Assembly (NCBI GenBank): GCA_964016885.1
Contig: OZ024742.1
Location: 15,128,001 to 15,192,000, forward strand
Direction of reading: 5' to 3'
Origin: Eledone cirrhosa
Taxonomy: Eukaryota
Length of the DNA: 64,000 nucleotides
The translations under genes and the position numbers were made by a program. Positions 60,110 through 64,000 of this stretch are shown here, piece by piece (position 1 is the stretch's first letter; every line of letters starts with the position of its first letter). The notes beneath the pieces were generated by a model. That model was not told the origin of the DNA, did not search any database, and saw only the letters and a program-made list of their open reading frames with translations.

Positions 60110-63100
60110 GTGAGGTGGCACCACTTAGCTCAAACTAATCATATCTAAATTACCATATATATTGGTGAGGTGGCACCACTTAGCTGAAACTAATCATATC
60201 TAAATTACCATATATATATATATTGGTGAGGTGGCACTACTTAGCTCAAACTAATCATATCTAAATTACCATATATATTGGTGAGGTGGCACCACTTAGC
60301 TCAAACTAATCATATCTATATTACCATATATATATATATTGGTGAGGTGGTACCACTTAGCTCAAACTAATCACATCTAAATTACCATATATATTGGTGA
60401 GGTGGCACCACTTAGCTCAAACTAATCATATCTATATTACCATATATATATATATTGGTGAGGTGGCACCACTTAGCTCAAACTAATCATATCTAAATTA
60501 CCATATATATATATATTGGTGAGGTGGCACCACTTAGCTCAAACTAATCATATCTAAATTACCATATATATTGGTGAGGTGGCACCACTTAGCTCAAACT
60601 AATCATATCTAAATTACCATATATATATATTGGTGAGGTGGCACCACTTAGCTCAAACTAATCATATCTAAATTACCATATATATATATATTGGTGAGGT
60701 GGCACCACTTAGCTCAAACTAATCACATCTAAATTACCATATATATTGGTGAGGTGGCACCACTTAGCTCAAACTAATCATATCTAAATTACCATATATA
60801 TATATATTGGTGAGGTGGCACCACTTAGCTCAAACTAATCATATCTAAATTAACATATATACATATATTGGTGAGGTGGTACCACTTAGCTCAAACTAAT
60901 CATATCTAAATTACCATATATATATATTGGTGAGGTGGTACCACTTAGCTCAAACTAATCACATCTAAATTACCATATATATTGGTGAGGTGGCACCACT
61001 TAGCTCAAACTAATCATATCTAAATTACCATATATATATATTGGTGAGGTGGTACCACTTAGCTCAAACTAATCACATCTAAATTACCATATATATTGGT
61101 GAGGTGGCACCACTTAGCTCAAACTAATCATATCTAAATTACCATATATATATATATTGGTGAGGTGGCACCACTTAGCTCAAACTAATCATATCTAAAT
61201 TAACATATATACATATATTGGTGAGGTGGCACCACTTAGCTCAAACTAATCATATCTAAATTACCATATATATATATTGGTGAGGTGGCACCACTTAGCT
61301 CAAACTAATCACATCTAAATTACCATATATATATATTGGTGAGATGGTACCACTTAGCTCAAACTAATCATATCTAAATTACCATATATATTGGTGAGGT
61401 GGTACCACTTAGCTCAAACTAATCATATCTAAATTACCATATATATTGGTGAGGTGGCACCACTTAGCTCAAACTAATCACATCTAAATTACCATATATA
61501 TATATTGGTGAGATGGTACCACTTAGCTCAAACTAATCATATCTAAATTACCATATATATTGGTGAGGTGGCACCACTTAGCTCAAACTAATCACATCTA
61601 AATTACCATATATATATATTGGTGAGGTGGTACCACTTAGCTCAAACTAATCATATCTAAATTACCATATATATATATTGGTGAGGTGGCACCACTTAGC
61701 TCAAACTAATCATATCTAAATTACCATATACATATATTGGTGAGGTGGCACCACTTAGCTCAAACTAATCATATCTAAATTACCATATATATTGGTGAGG
61801 TGGCACCACTTAGCTCAAACTAATCATATCTAAATTACCATATATATTGGTGAGGTGGCACCACTTAGCTCAAACTAATCATATCTAAATTACCATATAT
61901 ATTGGTGAGGTGGCACCACTTAGCTCAAACTAATCATATCTAAATTACCATATATATATATTGGTGAGGTGGCACCACTAAGCTGAAACTAATCATATCT
62001 AAATTACCATATATATATATTGGTGAGGTGGCACAACTTAGCTCAAACTAATCATATCTAAATTACCATATATATGGCCATCCAAACCCATGCAAGCGTG
62101 GAACACGGACGTCAAACGATGATGATGATGATGATGATTGGTGAGGTGGCACCACTTAGCTCAAACTAATCATATCTAAATTACCATATATATATATATA
62201 TTGGTGAGGTGGCACCACTAAGCTGAAACTAATCATATCTAAATTACCATATATATATATTGGTGAGGTGGCACCACTTAGTTCAAACTAATCATATCTA
62301 AATTACCATATATATATATTGGTGAGGTGGCACCACTTAGCTCAAACTAATCATATCTAAATTACCATATATATATATTGGTGAGGTGGCACCACTTAAC
62401 TCAAACTAAACATATCTAAATTACTATATATATATATTGGTGAGGTGGCACCACTTAGCTCAAACTAATCATATCTAAATTACCATATATATATATTGGT
62501 GAGGTGGCACCACTTAGCTCAAACTAATCTTATCTAAATTACCATATATATTGGTGAGGTGGCACCACTTAGCTCAAACTAATCATATCTAAATTACCAT
62601 ATATATTGGTGAGGTGGCACCACTTAGCTCAAACTAATCACATCTAAATTACCATATATATTGGTGAGGTGGCACCACTTAGCTCAATCTCATCATATCT
62701 AAATTACCATATATATTGGTGAGGTGGCACCACTTAACTCAAACTAATCATATCTAAATTACCATATATATATATTGGTGAGGTGGCACCACTTAGCTCA
62801 AACTAATCATATCTAAATTACCATATATATATATTGGTGAGGTGGCACCACTTAGCTCAAACTAATCATATCTAAATTACCATATATATATATTGGTGAG
62901 GTGGCACCACTTAGCTCAAACTAATCATATCTAAATTACCATATATATTGGTGAGGTGGCACCACTTAGCTCAAACTAATCATATCTAAATTACCATATA
63001 TATTGGTGAGGTGGCACCACTTAGCTCAAACTAATCATATCTAAATTACCATATATATATATATTGGTGAGGTGGCACCACTTAGCTCAAACTAATCATA

Positions 63101-64000
63101 TCTAAATTACCATATATATTGGTGAGGTGGCACCACTTAGCTCAAACTAATCATATCTAAATTACCATATATATATATTGGTGAGGTGGTACCACTTAGC
63201 TCAAACTAATCACATCTAAATTACCATATATATATATATTGGTGAGGTGGCACCACTTAGCTCAAACTAATCATATCTAAATTACCATATATATTGGTGA
63301 GGTGGCACCCCTTAGCTCAAACTAATCATATCTAAATTACCATATATATATATTGGTGAGGTGGTACCACTTAGCTCAAACTAATCACATCTAAATTACC
63401 ATATATATTGGTGAGGTGGCACCACTTAACTCAAACTAATCATATCTAAATTACCATATATATTGGTGAGGTGGCACCACTTAGCTCAAACTAATCATAT
63501 CTAAATTACCATATATATATATTGGTGAGGTGGCACCACTTAGCTCAAACTAATCATATCTAAATTAACATATATACATATATTGGTGAGGTGGCACCAC
63601 TTAGCTCAAACTAATCATATCTAAATTACCATATATATTGGTGAGGTGGCACCACTTAGCTCAAACTAATCATATCTAAATTACCATATATATATATTGG
63701 TGAGGTGGCACCACTTAGCTCAAACTAATCATATCTAAATTACCATATATATATATTGGTGAGGTGGCACCACTTAGCTCAAACTAATCATATCTAAATT
63801 ACCATATATATTGGTGAGGTGGCACCACTTAGCTCAAACTAATCATATCTAAATTACCATATATATTGGTGAGGTGGCACCACTTAGCTCAAACTAATCA
63901 TATCTAAATTACCATATATATATATATTGGTGAGGTGGCACCACTTAGCTCAAACTAATCATATCTAAATTACCATATATATTGGTGAGGTGGCACCACT
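60110..64000 (+). repeat. Higher-order block duplicate of ~48900-52787 (offset 11213 bp)
   Basis: Insert 50863/62076; CTAATCTTAT 51311/62524; GCACAACTT and GCACCCCTT variants in register. Confidence 0.88.
62076..62138 (+). mobile_element. Insert copy 29
   Basis: Same body, (GAT)7. Confidence 0.6.

Larger units (their letters stand above)
1..64000. repeat. Tandem satellite DNA array, 55-65 bp monomer (47-bp core + (AT)n), running off both window ends
   Basis: Core TGGTGAGGTGGCACCACTTAGCTCAAACTAATCATATCTAAATTACC recurs head-to-tail in one orientation throughout, usually with 0-3 substitutions per copy. Length varies almost only in the (AT)4-9 tract. Confidence 0.99.

Noticed and set aside
1-64000. 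CRISPR array (partly palindromic repeat with variable intervening sequence)
   Set aside because: Intervening sequence is only (AT)n or one recurring 63-bp insert. There are no unique spacers, leader or cas genes.
1-64000. Repetitive protein-coding ORF
   Set aside because: The consensus 47-bp core has stops in all three plus frames (TGA at 4, TAG at 19, TAA at 29, TAA at 39) and all three minus frames (TTA at 18, TCA at 23, CTA at 28 read on plus).
1-64000. Hammerhead ribozyme satellite (as known from newt, schistosome and cricket satellites)
   Set aside because: No CTGANGA catalytic core found on either strand of the monomer or insert. GAAA occurs only in a minority variant.
1-64000. Telomeric repeat, tRNA fragment (TAGCTCA / CACCA motifs), CENP-B box, TATA or Shine-Dalgarno (GAGGTG) signals
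   Set aside because: These are short chance matches. There are no TTAGG(G) runs, no cloverleaf or B box, no TTCG..A..CGGG motif, and no downstream genes.

Overview
The whole 64 kb window is one head-to-tail, single-orientation eukaryotic satellite DNA array of roughly 1,050-1,100 monomers (estimated from length). Each monomer is a 47-bp core (TGGTGAGGTGGCACCACTTAGCTCAAACTAATCATATCTAAATTACC) followed by an (AT)n tract, mostly n=4, 6 or 7 (55, 59 or 61 bp). The consensus core has stop codons in all six frames. I found no CDS, RNA gene or CRISPR array. The only foreign sequence is a 63-bp GC/CpG-richer insert (GGCCATCCAAACCCATGCAAGCGTGGAACACGGACGTCAAAC + (GAT)7), counted by eye 29 times, always at the same monomer position after (AT)4. 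It looks like the 3' tail of a 5'-truncated non-LTR retroposon. From memory, unverified, it resembles cephalopod/Octopus SINE tails. It probably inserted once and was then amplified with the satellite. Diagnostic variants show nested higher-order structure: a 654-bp cassette, 232-bp insert doublets, and block duplications at offsets of 2800, 5214, 7951, 8641, 11213, 18194 and about 20402 bp. Variants also turn over from left to right. No protein-based system is visible. Any novelty lies in the satellite, its retroposon-derived insert and its organisation.
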